Positions 44,129-52,849 of a stretch of 64,000 nucleotides of DNA are shown piece by piece. A program made the translations under genes and the position numbers. The DNA is taken from assembly GCA_964642545.1 (NCBI GenBank), contig CAZXQU010000005.1, positions 1,669-65,668 of the forward strand, given 5' to 3'. This DNA is from an uncultured Prolixibacteraceae bacterium. Lineage in GTDB: Bacteria; Bacteroidota; Bacteroidia; Bacteroidales; FEN-979. Each line of letters opens with the position of its first letter. Within the stretch, counting starts at the first letter, position 1. Under the pieces are notes generated by a model. The model had not been told where the DNA came from. It was given only the letters and a program-made list of their open reading frames with translations, and did not search any database.

Positions 44129-44892
44129 TTGTACCGTTTCCCAAACGTAAAACTAAGGTAGAGTGTCACGAATAGGTTCTGCTTGTGATTGAATGCCATG
44201 ATAGGAATTCCTATCGGTGAGACGTCGAGGCATGCTCCTACTTCCAGCGCCTTAGGCCGTTTGTTTTTATTCCCAAATTCGAACTCCAGTCCACCTTTGG
44301 CATAGATGCCAGGATGGAAACTCAATTCGAATAGACCGGCAAGCAGTGGTCCTCGTCCGTAGATGTCCTCGGCAAAATGATTGGCCGGATCGTACCGCTC
44401 CTCTCTGATTTCGTATTCATTCAAATTTACAGGATAGATGATATACAGGTACATCGGCTTTGCAAAACCAACCGAGACGCCTCCCATCCACAAAATGCTC
44501 AGCTGAACACCTCCCCAGTAGGGTTTTCGATTCAGGATATACTGCTGTCCTGTTCCGACACGAAGAAAGGAGACGGAATTCACTTTTCCGTAGATATAAC
44601 TTTTTGAATCCGGATAATAGGGATTGAGGACACGGATCTCTTTGGACGATTTATAGGTAGAGTATTCTGCCTCCCACATCCAGATCCTGAGTGCAGTGCG
44701 GCTTGTGCCATAGCGGAACTTTAACCCCCATCCATTGGTGTGAATAAGTAAGCCGAGAGCCCATTGTTTCTCTGTCAGAACATTATCGGGCATCGTATCG
44801 GGCTCTGCCTGATACTGAGCATGAGCTGAACTTCCAAGAAGGCAACTTAAGGGCACAAGAATCAAGATCAGATATGCCTGTACTCGTTTCAC
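44125..44892 (-). CDS. Hypothetical outer-membrane beta-barrel-like protein with signal peptide (GTG start)
   Basis: Signal peptide MKRVQAYLILILVPLSCLLGSSAHA, alternating-hydrophobicity strands, C-terminal aromatic residue. No family recognised. Confidence 0.5.
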   Translation of the reverse strand: MKRVQAYLILILVPLSCLLGSSAHAQYQAEPDTMPDNVLTEKQWALGLLIHTNGWGLKFRYGTSRTALRIWMWEAEYSTYKSSKEIRVLNPYYPDSKSYIYGKVNSVSFLRVGTGQQYILNRKPYWGGVQLSILWMGGVSVGFAKPMYLYIIYPVNLNEYEIREERYDPANHFAEDIYGRGPLLAGLFELSFHPGIYAKGGLEFEFGNKNKRPKALEVGACLDVSPIGIPIMAFNHKQNLFVTLYLSFTFGKRYN

Positions 44893-44917
44893 TTGCAGTA
44901 GAGATAGTGTATTGATG

Positions 44918-44925
44918 CAAAGGTA
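44918..44925 (-). promoter_or_regulatory. -7 box TAccTTTG for the 44125-44892 gene
   Basis: Forward caaaggta, 26 nt upstream of the GTG start. Confidence 0.4.
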
Positions 44926-44930
44926 AAAAT

Positions 44931-44966
44931 AAAAGTAGGGGCAATTGAGAAATTGCCCCTACTTTT
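44931..44966. terminator. Strong bidirectional intrinsic-terminator-like hairpin (16-bp stem aaaagtaggggcaatt/aattgcccctactttt, loop gaga) with T-runs on both strands
   Basis: Pairing checked base by base. ttttt follows on the plus strand and ttttattttt on the minus strand. Confidence 0.55.
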
Positions 44967-45239
44967 TAATTGTATAAACCGTAAATTCGTTAGTGTCGTT
45001 CTACCTGATACCGGCTTCGTTCACCATATGCTGCACAGGCCTGGCCAGAAGAGCATGAAGAAACAATCATGCCAACTACTATGATTGTCATAATCATGAT
45101 AACGACTTTTTTCATATTTTTGACGGAGAGATTCATAGTAAGAGATTTGGTTGCAAAATTATACATTTCTTAGTTACTAACAACAAATTTCAAGAGTGAT
45201 TACGTAAAGTTATTAACTGTCAATCGTTCATAATTCCAA

Positions 45240-45920
45240 ATGGAACAAATCAACCCAAGCATTGAAGCAAGTTGGAAGGTAGCTCTCAGCCAGGCTTTTG
45301 ATCAACCTTATTTTGGAGAATTGAAAGAGTTCCTTTTAAGGGAGAGGAGTCGGTTTAACGTGTTCCCTCCCGGCTCTTTGATTTTTAATGCATTCAACCA
45401 CACTCCATTTGATCAGGTAAAGGTGGTAATCCTTGGACAGGATCCATACCATGGACCCAGACAAGCTCACGGGCTATGTTTCTCAGTGCCTGAAGGGGTA
45501 CCGGCACCACCATCTCTTGTCAATATTTTCAAGGAAATCAAAGCCGATTTAGGTATATCTCTACCTGCTAACGGGAATCTCATACACTGGGCGGATCAAG
45601 GTGTATTGTTATTGAATGCGACACTTACCGTTCGGGAGAACCAGGCTGGATCACACCAGGGTAAAGGGTGGGAACAGTTTACCGATGCAGCGATCCGGGC
45701 TTTATCAGAGAACCGTGAAGGGTTGATATTCCTTCTCTGGGGGAATTTCGCGATTGCAAAAAGAGAACTGATTGATGCTTCGAAGCATTTTATCCTTACC
45801 GCACCTCATCCATCGCCATTATCGGCATCCCGTGGTTTTTTCGGTTGCCGTCATTTTTCCCAGGTCAACACATTGTTGAAACAAATGGGAAAAGAGGAAG
45901 TAGATTGGAACCTCTCTTAA
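45240..45920 (+). CDS. ung: Uracil-DNA glycosylase (family 1)
   Basis: VVILGQDPYHGPRQAHGLCFSV...HPSPLSA motifs. Confidence 0.95.
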   Translation: MEQINPSIEASWKVALSQAFDQPYFGELKEFLLRERSRFNVFPPGSLIFNAFNHTPFDQVKVVILGQDPYHGPRQAHGLCFSVPEGVPAPPSLVNIFKEIKADLGISLPANGNLIHWADQGVLLLNATLTVRENQAGSHQGKGWEQFTDAAIRALSENREGLIFLLWGNFAIAKRELIDASKHFILTAPHPSPLSASRGFFGCRHFSQVNTLLKQMGKEEVDWNLS

Positions 45921-45927
45921 TGACAGT

Positions 45928-47148
45928 ATGGCCCCATTCCTTCTATTTGAGATAATCCGTAACTTCGTAGTTCTATTGATGGTCTGCCAAATGCTAATAA
46001 CTTATAGCGAAAAACGAATTCTAAAAACCATATCCTGTTTTACAGCGATCTTTGTGCTATTGGTATCCTGTAAAAAAAACGATCCCCCCGCACTCTCTTA
46101 TCAACCGACTTTATACCAGATCGAGATCCCTTTCCGGTTTCCAACTCAATTGAATATCCCCTCTGACAATCCTATGACAGTAGAGGGAGTTGAACTTGGC
46201 AGGAAACTTTTTTATGACGGACGGATTTCGGGAAGTACCCACCCCGACTCGATGATGTCCTGCAGTACATGCCACCTGCAATCCCGGTCGTTTGAATGTG
46301 GCATTGATCATCCTAAATTTATCGATGGACATCCATTTGGTGTAACCGGGATCCTCACACCACATTTCATGATGCCTTTAATCAATCTTGTATGGACCCA
46401 TTCGGGATACCTGTGGAATGGTAGAGTTTATCCGGATAACCCGGCATCCGGCATCCGGCAACTGGAAGATCTGGTATGGATGGGTATTGTCGCTCCGCAT
46501 GAGATGAACAGCGATACGGTCAGGTCAAAAGCATTAATCCAGAGTATTCCCGGATATCCGGAGTTGTTTGAGAAGGCATTCGGGAGTTCGACCGTGACGG
46601 TGAAAAACATGGGAAGGGCGATCGCTCAGTTTGTACGAACCCTGATCAGCGCAAACTCCAGGTTTGACCAATATCTCAGGGGCGAAGTTCAACTGACGCC
46701 AAATGAACTTCACGGATATGTCCTTTTCATGACCGAACAAGGGGGAGATTGCTTCCATTGCCACGGAGGAGAGGGTAACCCGCTTTTTACGACCAATCTC
46801 TTCTACAACAACGGAAAGGACTCTGTTTTTACTGATCTGCGCGACCGGTACCAGGTATCAGGCGCACTGGGCGATATCGGTGCTTATAAGGCTCCAACGC
46901 TTCGCAATCTGGTTTTTACAGCACCTTACATGCACGACGGGCGGTTCAAAACCATCGATGAAGTAATCGATTTTTACAGTTCAGGTCTGGTCTGGTCCCC
47001 TTATGTCAACCCGCTGATGCACCATATCGCTACAGGAGGGAACCAATTGACACCGGTTGAAAAAGCAGACCTTAAGGCGTTTCTGATGACGCTGACAGAC
47101 AGTTCCTTCGTGAACAATCCGGACTTTGCGATGCCTGAACTTCCCTGA
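45928..47148 (+). CDS. Di-haem cytochrome c peroxidase / MauG family
   Basis: Two CxxCH sites (CSTCH, CFHCH) and APYMHDGRFKTIDEVIDFY. The true start may be the Met at 45991 (lipoprotein-like ...FVLLVSCKK). Confidence 0.85.
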   Translation: MAPFLLFEIIRNFVVLLMVCQMLITYSEKRILKTISCFTAIFVLLVSCKKNDPPALSYQPTLYQIEIPFRFPTQLNIPSDNPMTVEGVELGRKLFYDGRISGSTHPDSMMSCSTCHLQSRSFECGIDHPKFIDGHPFGVTGILTPHFMMPLINLVWTHSGYLWNGRVYPDNPASGIRQLEDLVWMGIVAPHEMNSDTVRSKALIQSIPGYPELFEKAFGSSTVTVKNMGRAIAQFVRTLISANSRFDQYLRGEVQLTPNELHGYVLFMTEQGGDCFHCHGGEGNPLFTTNLFYNNGKDSVFTDLRDRYQVSGALGDIGAYKAPTLRNLVFTAPYMHDGRFKTIDEVIDFYSSGLVWSPYVNPLMHHIATGGNQLTPVEKADLKAFLMTLTDSSFVNNPDFAMPELP

Positions 47149-47202
47149 AAGGCTCCACTCTCCAGCCTTGTCGTGTGTTCTTCAAGTCAGCTGGTGAGGA
47201 GT

Positions 47203-47745
47203 CTATTCGTTGCAGTACTGACTGACTTTAATCAGGTTTGCTAACTCAAAGCCATTCTCTTTGGCTTTTTGGAGCAATCCAAGATAGATTTCATCAGATA
47301 TAAATTTCGTTCGGGCAAGCACCCATAAGTATTTGTGGTTCGGAGAACCAACCAACACATATTGGTACTCAGGATCAAGATCAATGATCCAGTAATCTCC
47401 GGCAAAGGGCCAGAAAAACCTTACTCTCAGTTTTGCTGGTTGTGCTGGATCTGGCACCCAGGCTACACCTTTGGCTTCGTCCGATTTGGTGGGGTCTTCC
47501 ACCTTGATTCCACGGTTGATCACGGTTACCCTGCCATCATCACGGAGTTCATAAGCGGCAGTCGTACATTTCAATCCTCGCTCAAATGAGTTGGGTAAAC
47601 GAGCTATTTCGTACCAGGTTCCCATATAACGGTTGAGGTCAACGTGGGAAACCACTGTTACCGGCTGCTGTGCCGATGTTGATCTGAATATGCTGAGCAT
47701 AAGAAAAAGGATAATGAATCGGTTCATTAGATTTGGATTTATCAA
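47203..47745 (-). CDS. blc: Bacterial lipocalin (Blc-like)
   Basis: YMGTWYEIARLPNSFE and a TD..Y-type lipocalin core in 180 aa with a signal peptide. Confidence 0.85.
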   Translation of the reverse strand: MINPNLMNRFIILFLMLSIFRSTSAQQPVTVVSHVDLNRYMGTWYEIARLPNSFERGLKCTTAAYELRDDGRVTVINRGIKVEDPTKSDEAKGVAWVPDPAQPAKLRVRFFWPFAGDYWIIDLDPEYQYVLVGSPNHKYLWVLARTKFISDEIYLGLLQKAKENGFELANLIKVSQYCNE

Positions 47746-47772
47746 TTTTGTAAAGATACACCAGAAATACTA

Positions 47773-47812
47773 ATTTTACATTTTACCATTTTACCATTTT
47801 ACCATTTTACAT
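47773..47812. repeat. 8-nt array, 5 units (attttaca ttttacca ttttacca ttttacca ttttacat)
   Basis: Read directly. The reverse complement (ggtaaaat) resembles the GTGAAAT family at 4113-4174. Its last unit merges into the ispE -7 box. Confidence 0.85.
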
Positions 47813-47815
47813 TTG
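47808..47815 (+). promoter_or_regulatory. -7 box TAcaTTTG for ispE
   Basis: Exact motif 11 nt upstream of the GTG start at 47826, which implies a very short leader. Confidence 0.35.
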
Positions 47816-47825
47816 ACTTGACTCC

Positions 47826-48638
47826 GTGATCTGTTTTCCCAACGCTAAAATAAACCTCGGCCTTCATGTCACAGAAAGGAGGCCGGATGGCTTTCATACG
47901 ATTGAAACTATATTCTACCCTGTCGAAATGTGTGATGTGTTGGAGATCGTTCCTTCTGAAAATGGGGGCGTTGAATTTACCTGCACAGGGATTTCCATTC
48001 CTGGAGATCCGGAATCAAATCTGGTATTGAAGGCTCTTGGTCTGATTAGAGATACGCGATATGCGATGCGCGATACCCAAACAGGCATCGTTGATCTCGA
48101 ATCGCAAATCGCAGATCCCGGATCCCACATCCATTTACATAAAGTTATCCCTACCGGCGCCGGGCTGGGTGGTGGCTCTTCTGATGCAGCCTATTCCTTA
48201 AAATTGATGAACGATTTATGGAAGTTGGAGTTATCGGTTACGCAGTTACAGGATATCGCCAGACAACTCGGCAGTGACTGCGCATTTTTCATTGAGAACA
48301 AGCCGGTGTTTGCCTCAGGCCGGGGCGATCAGTTCGAACCAATTGACCTGGACCTCTCAGAATACAAAATAGTGGTTGTTGCTCCTCCGGTTCATGTAAG
48401 GACACAGGAGGCTTATGGGATGGTAACTCCCCGGAAACCCCGGCACTCCCTTAAAGAGATCGTAAGGCTGCCAGCAGATCGCTGGAGGAGATTACTCTCC
48501 AACGATTTTGAGGAGCCGGTCATGAAAAAGTATCCCGTCATCCGGGAAGTCAAAGAGGAACTTTATCGTCGGGGGGCCATTTATGCAGCCATGAGCGGAA
48601 GCGGGTCGGCGGTATTTGGGATCTTTAGCAAGCACTAA
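47826..48638 (+). CDS. ispE: 4-diphosphocytidyl-2-C-methyl-D-erythritol kinase
   Basis: FPNAKINLGLHV...KVIPTGAGLGGGSSDAA...MSGSGSAVFG (GHMP kinase motifs). GTG start. Confidence 0.9.
   Translation: MICFPNAKINLGLHVTERRPDGFHTIETIFYPVEMCDVLEIVPSENGGVEFTCTGISIPGDPESNLVLKALGLIRDTRYAMRDTQTGIVDLESQIADPGSHIHLHKVIPTGAGLGGGSSDAAYSLKLMNDLWKLELSVTQLQDIARQLGSDCAFFIENKPVFASGRGDQFEPIDLDLSEYKIVVVAPPVHVRTQEAYGMVTPRKPRHSLKEIVRLPADRWRRLLSNDFEEPVMKKYPVIREVKEELYRRGAIYAAMSGSGSAVFGIFSKH
48051..48131. repeat. In-frame heptamer arrays inside ispE (gatacgc gatatgc gatgcgc gataccc ... tcgaatc gcaaatc gcagatc ccggatc ccacatc)
   Basis: Read directly. Encodes DTRYAMRDTQTGIVDLESQIADPGSH, located between NLVLKALGLI and IHLHKVIP. 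Confidence 0.8.
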
Positions 48639-48656
48639 GCAGCAGGCAGTTTGATT

Positions 48657-48705
48657 CTTCGTCCCTCTTCCCTCTTCCCTCTTCCCTCGTCCTTCGTCCT
48701 ATCTC
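48657..48705. repeat. Heptamer array, 7 units (cttcgtc cctcttc cctcttc cctcttc cctcgtc cttcgtc ctatctc)
   Basis: Read directly, between convergent ispE and the permease gene. Contains the permease stop (48699-48701). Confidence 0.85.
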
Positions 48706-49775
48706 GGTGTCTTCCACAACATGTAAGCTGCGATCACCATGAACAATATATTTGGCAGCCAGACGGCCAGCATCGGGGGGACAGTGCCAAAGATTCCGAA
48801 TACAGCTGAAATCTGCATGAAGAGGATGTAGAAAAAGGTGAGGGCGAGGCCTAACCCAAGGTGATACCCGATGCCTCCCCGTACTTTTCGAGAAGAAACT
48901 GCCACTCCGATTAAGGTGAGAATGATGGTGGCGAAGGGATGAGCGATGCGTTCGTATTGCTTCACCTGGTAATGCACCGCATCAGGATCCCCGCGCAGAA
49001 GTTTTTTCGCGATCATATCCTTTAGCTTCCGGTATCCCAGTACCTTTATCTCCTCAACATCCTCAATGAAATCTCCTGGTTTGATTGGCAACAAGGTGTC
49101 GATGCTGGTGCCTTTTATGATCGACTCTTCCAGTCCATTGATTTCCCTTGTAAAGTAGTTTTCGATCCGCCATTTTTCAGTAAGTGAGTCGTACGCAATT
49201 TTATCTCCTTTGAGTTTGAACACAAGAGTTTGCCCCTCAAATTTTTCCAGAGAGAACTTCCAGCCGGTGTTGTTCTTGAGGTTAAAATTTTCCATGTAGA
49301 TAAAGGTGCCCGGACTGATCTGCTTATGGACGTTCATGTCGCTGTATCTTCTTGGATCGCGGATGTACTTATTCTCAAATGCAAACATCGTTTGATTGGT
49401 GTAGGGAATGATAAAGTTGGCCAGCAGAAACGAAAGGACACCGAGTATAAGGGCGGAAACGATAAACGGGACAAGCATCCGCCAAAAGCTGATTCCACTA
49501 CTCAGGATGGCAATGATCTCGCTCCGGGAAGCCATCCGGGAGGTAAAAAAGATGACGGCGATGAATGTGAGAAGATAGCTGAAAAGGTTGATGAAGTAAG
49601 GGATAAAGTTGAGGTAGTAATCGATGATGATGGCTCCGAACGGTGCGTCGTTTTTCAGGAAATCATCGATCTTCTCAGAGATGTCGAACACAATCACGAT
49701 AAAAATCAACAATAGGAGGGTAAAGAAAAATGTCCCTAAAAACTTCTTGATAATATAGAGGTCTATTTTCTTCAC
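48699..49775 (-). CDS. LptF/LptG-family (YjgP/YjgQ) LPS export permease
   Basis: 358 aa. N-terminus IDLYIIKKFLGTFFFTLLLLIFIVIVFDISEKIDDF, 6 TM segments and a periplasmic beta-jellyroll insert. Confidence 0.85.
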   Translation of the reverse strand: MKKIDLYIIKKFLGTFFFTLLLLIFIVIVFDISEKIDDFLKNDAPFGAIIIDYYLNFIPYFINLFSYLLTFIAVIFFTSRMASRSEIIAILSSGISFWRMLVPFIVSALILGVLSFLLANFIIPYTNQTMFAFENKYIRDPRRYSDMNVHKQISPGTFIYMENFNLKNNTGWKFSLEKFEGQTLVFKLKGDKIAYDSLTEKWRIENYFTREINGLEESIIKGTSIDTLLPIKPGDFIEDVEEIKVLGYRKLKDMIAKKLLRGDPDAVHYQVKQYERIAHPFATIILTLIGVAVSSRKVRGGIGYHLGLGLALTFFYILFMQISAVFGIFGTVPPMLAVWLPNILFMVIAAYMLWKTPR

Positions 49776-49778
49776 GTA

Positions 49779-50909
49779 TCAGAGTCGTTGCATCAGTTGA
49801 ACAACCATTTTTTCTTTCCAATTCCGGAAATTTCCCTCAATGATCTGTTTTCGGGATTCCCGCATGAGCCACATGTAAAATCCGAGGTTGTGGGTAGTGG
49901 CAATCATGGCTGCAAGCATCTCTTTTGCGATAAAAAGATGCCGGAGAAAGGCCCTCGAATAATCCTGATCCGTAAAAATCTCGCCTTCGGGATCCAACGG
50001 GGAGAAATCGTCCCTCCATTTTTCGTTTTTGATGTTGATGATCCCCTGGCGGGTAAAAAGCATTCCGTTACGCCCATTACGGGTCGGGATTACACAATCG
50101 AACATGTCAACACCCAATGCGATATTTTCCAGGATATTGGCCGGGGTTCCTACTCCCATGAGATATCTGGGTTTATCGGCAGGAAGGATCCGCGTTACAA
50201 CTTCAGTCATCTCATACATCACCGGTGCAGGTTCACCCACAGATAACCCTCCGATGGCATTCCCATCTGCATTGAAGGAAGCGATAAATTCAGCTGATTT
50301 TTCACGCAGATCCTTGTAAACACTTCCCTGAACAATAGGAAAGAGGCTCTGGGTGTAGCCATGAGGACAGGCTGTTGCATCGAAATGGCTGATGCACCGT
50401 TGAAGCCATCGATGGGTTCGCATCATCGATTGGGAGGCGTTGTCATATTCACAGGGGTATGGTGTGCATTCATCGAATGCCATGATGATATCGGCACCAA
50501 GCGCTCGCTGGATGTCGATGGCAGACTCGGGTGTGAAGGTGTGTTTTGATCCATCGATGTGCGACTGAAACACTACTCCATCCTCCTTGAATTTTCGCAT
50601 AGCGGCTAACGAATATACCTGGTAGCCACCACTATCGGTCAAAATGGGTTTGCTCCAGCCATTGAACCGGTGGATCCCCCCGGCAGCAGATACGATCTCC
50701 GTTCCCGGCCGTAAATAGAGATGGTAAGTATTGGAGAGCATGATCTGGGCCTGGACGTCATCCCGTAACTGGTTCATATGAAGCGCTTTGACAGCTCCGG
50801 CTGTCCCCACTGGCATGAAAAAGGGAGATTCAATGGCCCCGTGATCGGTTTGCAGTAAACCGGCCCGGGCCGAAGTTCCAGGATCTGTATGGGTAATGGT
50901 GAAGGTCAT
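49779..50909 (-). CDS. tgt: Queuine tRNA-ribosyltransferase (tRNA-guanine transglycosylase)
   Basis: FMPVGT...LSNTYHL...TDSGGYQV...GLSVGE...MFDCV.PTR motifs. Confidence 0.95.
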   Translation of the reverse strand: MTFTITHTDPGTSARAGLLQTDHGAIESPFFMPVGTAGAVKALHMNQLRDDVQAQIMLSNTYHLYLRPGTEIVSAAGGIHRFNGWSKPILTDSGGYQVYSLAAMRKFKEDGVVFQSHIDGSKHTFTPESAIDIQRALGADIIMAFDECTPYPCEYDNASQSMMRTHRWLQRCISHFDATACPHGYTQSLFPIVQGSVYKDLREKSAEFIASFNADGNAIGGLSVGEPAPVMYEMTEVVTRILPADKPRYLMGVGTPANILENIALGVDMFDCVIPTRNGRNGMLFTRQGIINIKNEKWRDDFSPLDPEGEIFTDQDYSRAFLRHLFIAKEMLAAMIATTHNLGFYMWLMRESRKQIIEGNFRNWKEKMVVQLMQRL

Positions 50910-51008
50910 GAATTGCGAAGGATCTTCTCTTTGAATGCTCTGAAAGCACGGATATTAATGGTTATCGCAATTTTTTGTCAAAGGTAGGTTTTATTTTAGG
51001 ATTATGAA

Positions 51009-51016
51009 TAAATTTG
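51009..51016 (+). promoter_or_regulatory. -7 box TAaaTTTG for the GT2 gene
   Basis: Exact motif 27 nt upstream of the ATG at 51043. Confidence 0.45.
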
Positions 51017-51042
51017 CCGTTTCCCCTGTTAAATCTTGTTAA

Positions 51043-52245
51043 ATGCCAGATGCCTTCATCAACCCAAACCCGTTTCTTCTTGCACTATTTATCCTCTATG
51101 GATTTTGCTTCCTGGTGCAGATGGTATTTTACTGGGCAGTCTTCTTCAGAGTTGGGATAAAAGATAAGAGATCCGCGATTCGCGATATGCAATCCTCGGA
51201 TCCCGAACCGGAGCGAAGCGGAGTTCGGCGAAGCCAATCCCGGATCCCGGATCCCGTAATCGGTGTTTCCGTCGTCATCTGTGCCCATAACGAGTATCAA
51301 CAGTTGCAAAGTAACCTGCCGGGGATCCTCGAGCAGGACTACCCAATGTATGAAGTGGTGGTAGTGGATCATGCTTCGGATGATGATACGTCGTTTTTAC
51401 TCTCGGATCTGAGTGAGAAATATAAACACCTTAAAGTTGTCTCTATTCAACGTGACCTCAACTTTTTCACCGGGAAGAAGTTCCCCCTCTCCATCGGAAT
51501 TAAATCTGCAAAGCATGAGATCATTCTCCTCACGGATGCCGACTGCCGCCCTGCCGGGAACCAATGGGTGCGACTGATGCAGGAAGCTTTTACCGATGAC
51601 AAAGAGATCATCCTTGGTTACGGGCCTTATGAGATGCGTAAAGGCCTCTTAAATGCACTGATCCGTTTCGAAACCATTCAGGTGGCTATCCAGTACCTCT
51701 CTTTTGCGTTAGCTGGAATCCCATACATGGGAGTAGGGAGGAATCTGGCATACAGAAAAAGACTCTTTTATCAGGAGAAAGGATTCATCTCACACTATCG
51801 GATCAACAGTGGTGATGACGACCTGTTTATCAACCGCGTAGCCCATAAGAAAAATACTGGAGTGCAGCGAAATCCAGGATCCTTCACCTATTCTGAACCA
51901 AAAGTATCGTTGGGAAAGTGGTTCACCCAGAAAAGACGTCATATGACAACCGGCTCGCATTATAGATTTATACACAAGCTCCTGCTCGGTTTATATGGGT
52001 TCACCCAACTACTTTTTTGGGTACTGCTTGTTCTGTTGCTTGCCTGGAAATTCGCCTGGGTATTTGTTTTAAGTGTACTTTTGCTGCTATGGGTCAGCCA
52101 ATATATTGTGATTGGCAGATGCATGAAGAGGCTTCAGGAAAAGAGGCTGATTGCCTGGATTCCTCTACTTGAGTTGATGACACTCACTCTCCAGATTGTG
52201 ATCACAGGGACCAATTTCATTGTCAAACCCCATAAATGGAAGTAG
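51043..52245 (+). CDS. Membrane-anchored glycosyltransferase family 2
   Basis: N-terminal TM segment, VSVVICAHNEYQQL...VVVDHASDDDT...LTDADC, and C-terminal TM bundle. A repeat-derived linker lies between the TM segment and the catalytic domain. Confidence 0.8.
   Translation: MPDAFINPNPFLLALFILYGFCFLVQMVFYWAVFFRVGIKDKRSAIRDMQSSDPEPERSGVRRSQSRIPDPVIGVSVVICAHNEYQQLQSNLPGILEQDYPMYEVVVVDHASDDDTSFLLSDLSEKYKHLKVVSIQRDLNFFTGKKFPLSIGIKSAKHEIILLTDADCRPAGNQWVRLMQEAFTDDKEIILGYGPYEMRKGLLNALIRFETIQVAIQYLSFALAGIPYMGVGRNLAYRKRLFYQEKGFISHYRINSGDDDLFINRVAHKKNTGVQRNPGSFTYSEPKVSLGKWFTQKRRHMTTGSHYRFIHKLLLGLYGFTQLLFWVLLVLLLAWKFAWVFVLSVLLLLWVSQYIVIGRCMKRLQEKRLIAWIPLLELMTLTLQIVITGTNFIVKPHKWK
51170..51261. repeat. 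In-frame composite repeat inside the GT2 gene: heptamers (gatccgc gattcgc gatatgc aatcctc ggatccc) + 25-nt hairpin core (51205-51229) + gaagccaatc + cggatcc cggatcc cgtaatc
   Basis: Read directly. The core is identical to 35866-35890. Encodes about RSAIRDMQSSDPEPERSGVRRSQSRIPDPVIG. Confidence 0.85.
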
Positions 52246-52844
52246 CAGTACATCTCACAGAAAAGGCTCAACGCGATTACAGGTTGGTTATTGCTGCCCG
52301 GGAGTACGGGGACCAGAAAGCATATGCTGAGTTGCTGAACAACTACCGCGATTCACTCTACTTCCTTCTTCTGAAGATGACAAATAATCCCACAGATGCC
52401 GAAGATCTGACGATCGAGGCTTTCGGGAAGGCATTCAGGAAACTTCACCAATACTCACCCGATTATGCCTTTAGTACCTGGCTTTTCAAAATTGCTGCAA
52501 ATAACTGTATCGATTTTCTTCGGAAATCGAAGCGAATCATCTTTGCCGATAATTCTGGAGGCGATAATGATGAAAGGGATGATTATCCAACAAACATGGT
52601 CGCCACTACACTCGATCCGGAAGAGAAGGTGATCGAAAAGCAGAAGATCAAACTGATGCGGGAGGTTGTAGAGAAACTGAAACCGCATTACCGCAACCTG
52701 ATTGAACTACGTTACTTCAAAGAGTGGTCATACGAAGAGATCGCTACCGAACTCGACCTGCCCCTGGGTACCGTCAAAGCCCAACTCTTCCGTTCCAGGG
52801 AGTTTCTTTATCAGATCCTGAAGCATGCGGAGGAGAAGATTTAG
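52236..52844 (+). CDS. RNA polymerase sigma-70 family (ECF-type) sigma factor
   Basis: Region 2 (...DAEDLTIEAFGKAFRKL...STWLFKIAANNCIDFLRK) and region 4 (YRNLIELRYFKEWSYEEIATELDLPLGTVKAQLFRSR). Overlaps the GT2 stop by 10 nt. No anti-sigma gene is adjacent. Confidence 0.85.
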   Translation: MEVAVHLTEKAQRDYRLVIAAREYGDQKAYAELLNNYRDSLYFLLLKMTNNPTDAEDLTIEAFGKAFRKLHQYSPDYAFSTWLFKIAANNCIDFLRKSKRIIFADNSGGDNDERDDYPTNMVATTLDPEEKVIEKQKIKLMREVVEKLKPHYRNLIELRYFKEWSYEEIATELDLPLGTVKAQLFRSREFLYQILKHAEEKI

Positions 52845-52849
52845 TGGAT

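Noticed and set aside
47149-47202. Hairpin aaggct-N9-agcctt after the cytochrome c peroxidase gene, read as a terminator
   Set aside because: It has only a 6-bp stem with a 9-nt loop and no clear U-tract. It is too weak to report as a feature.
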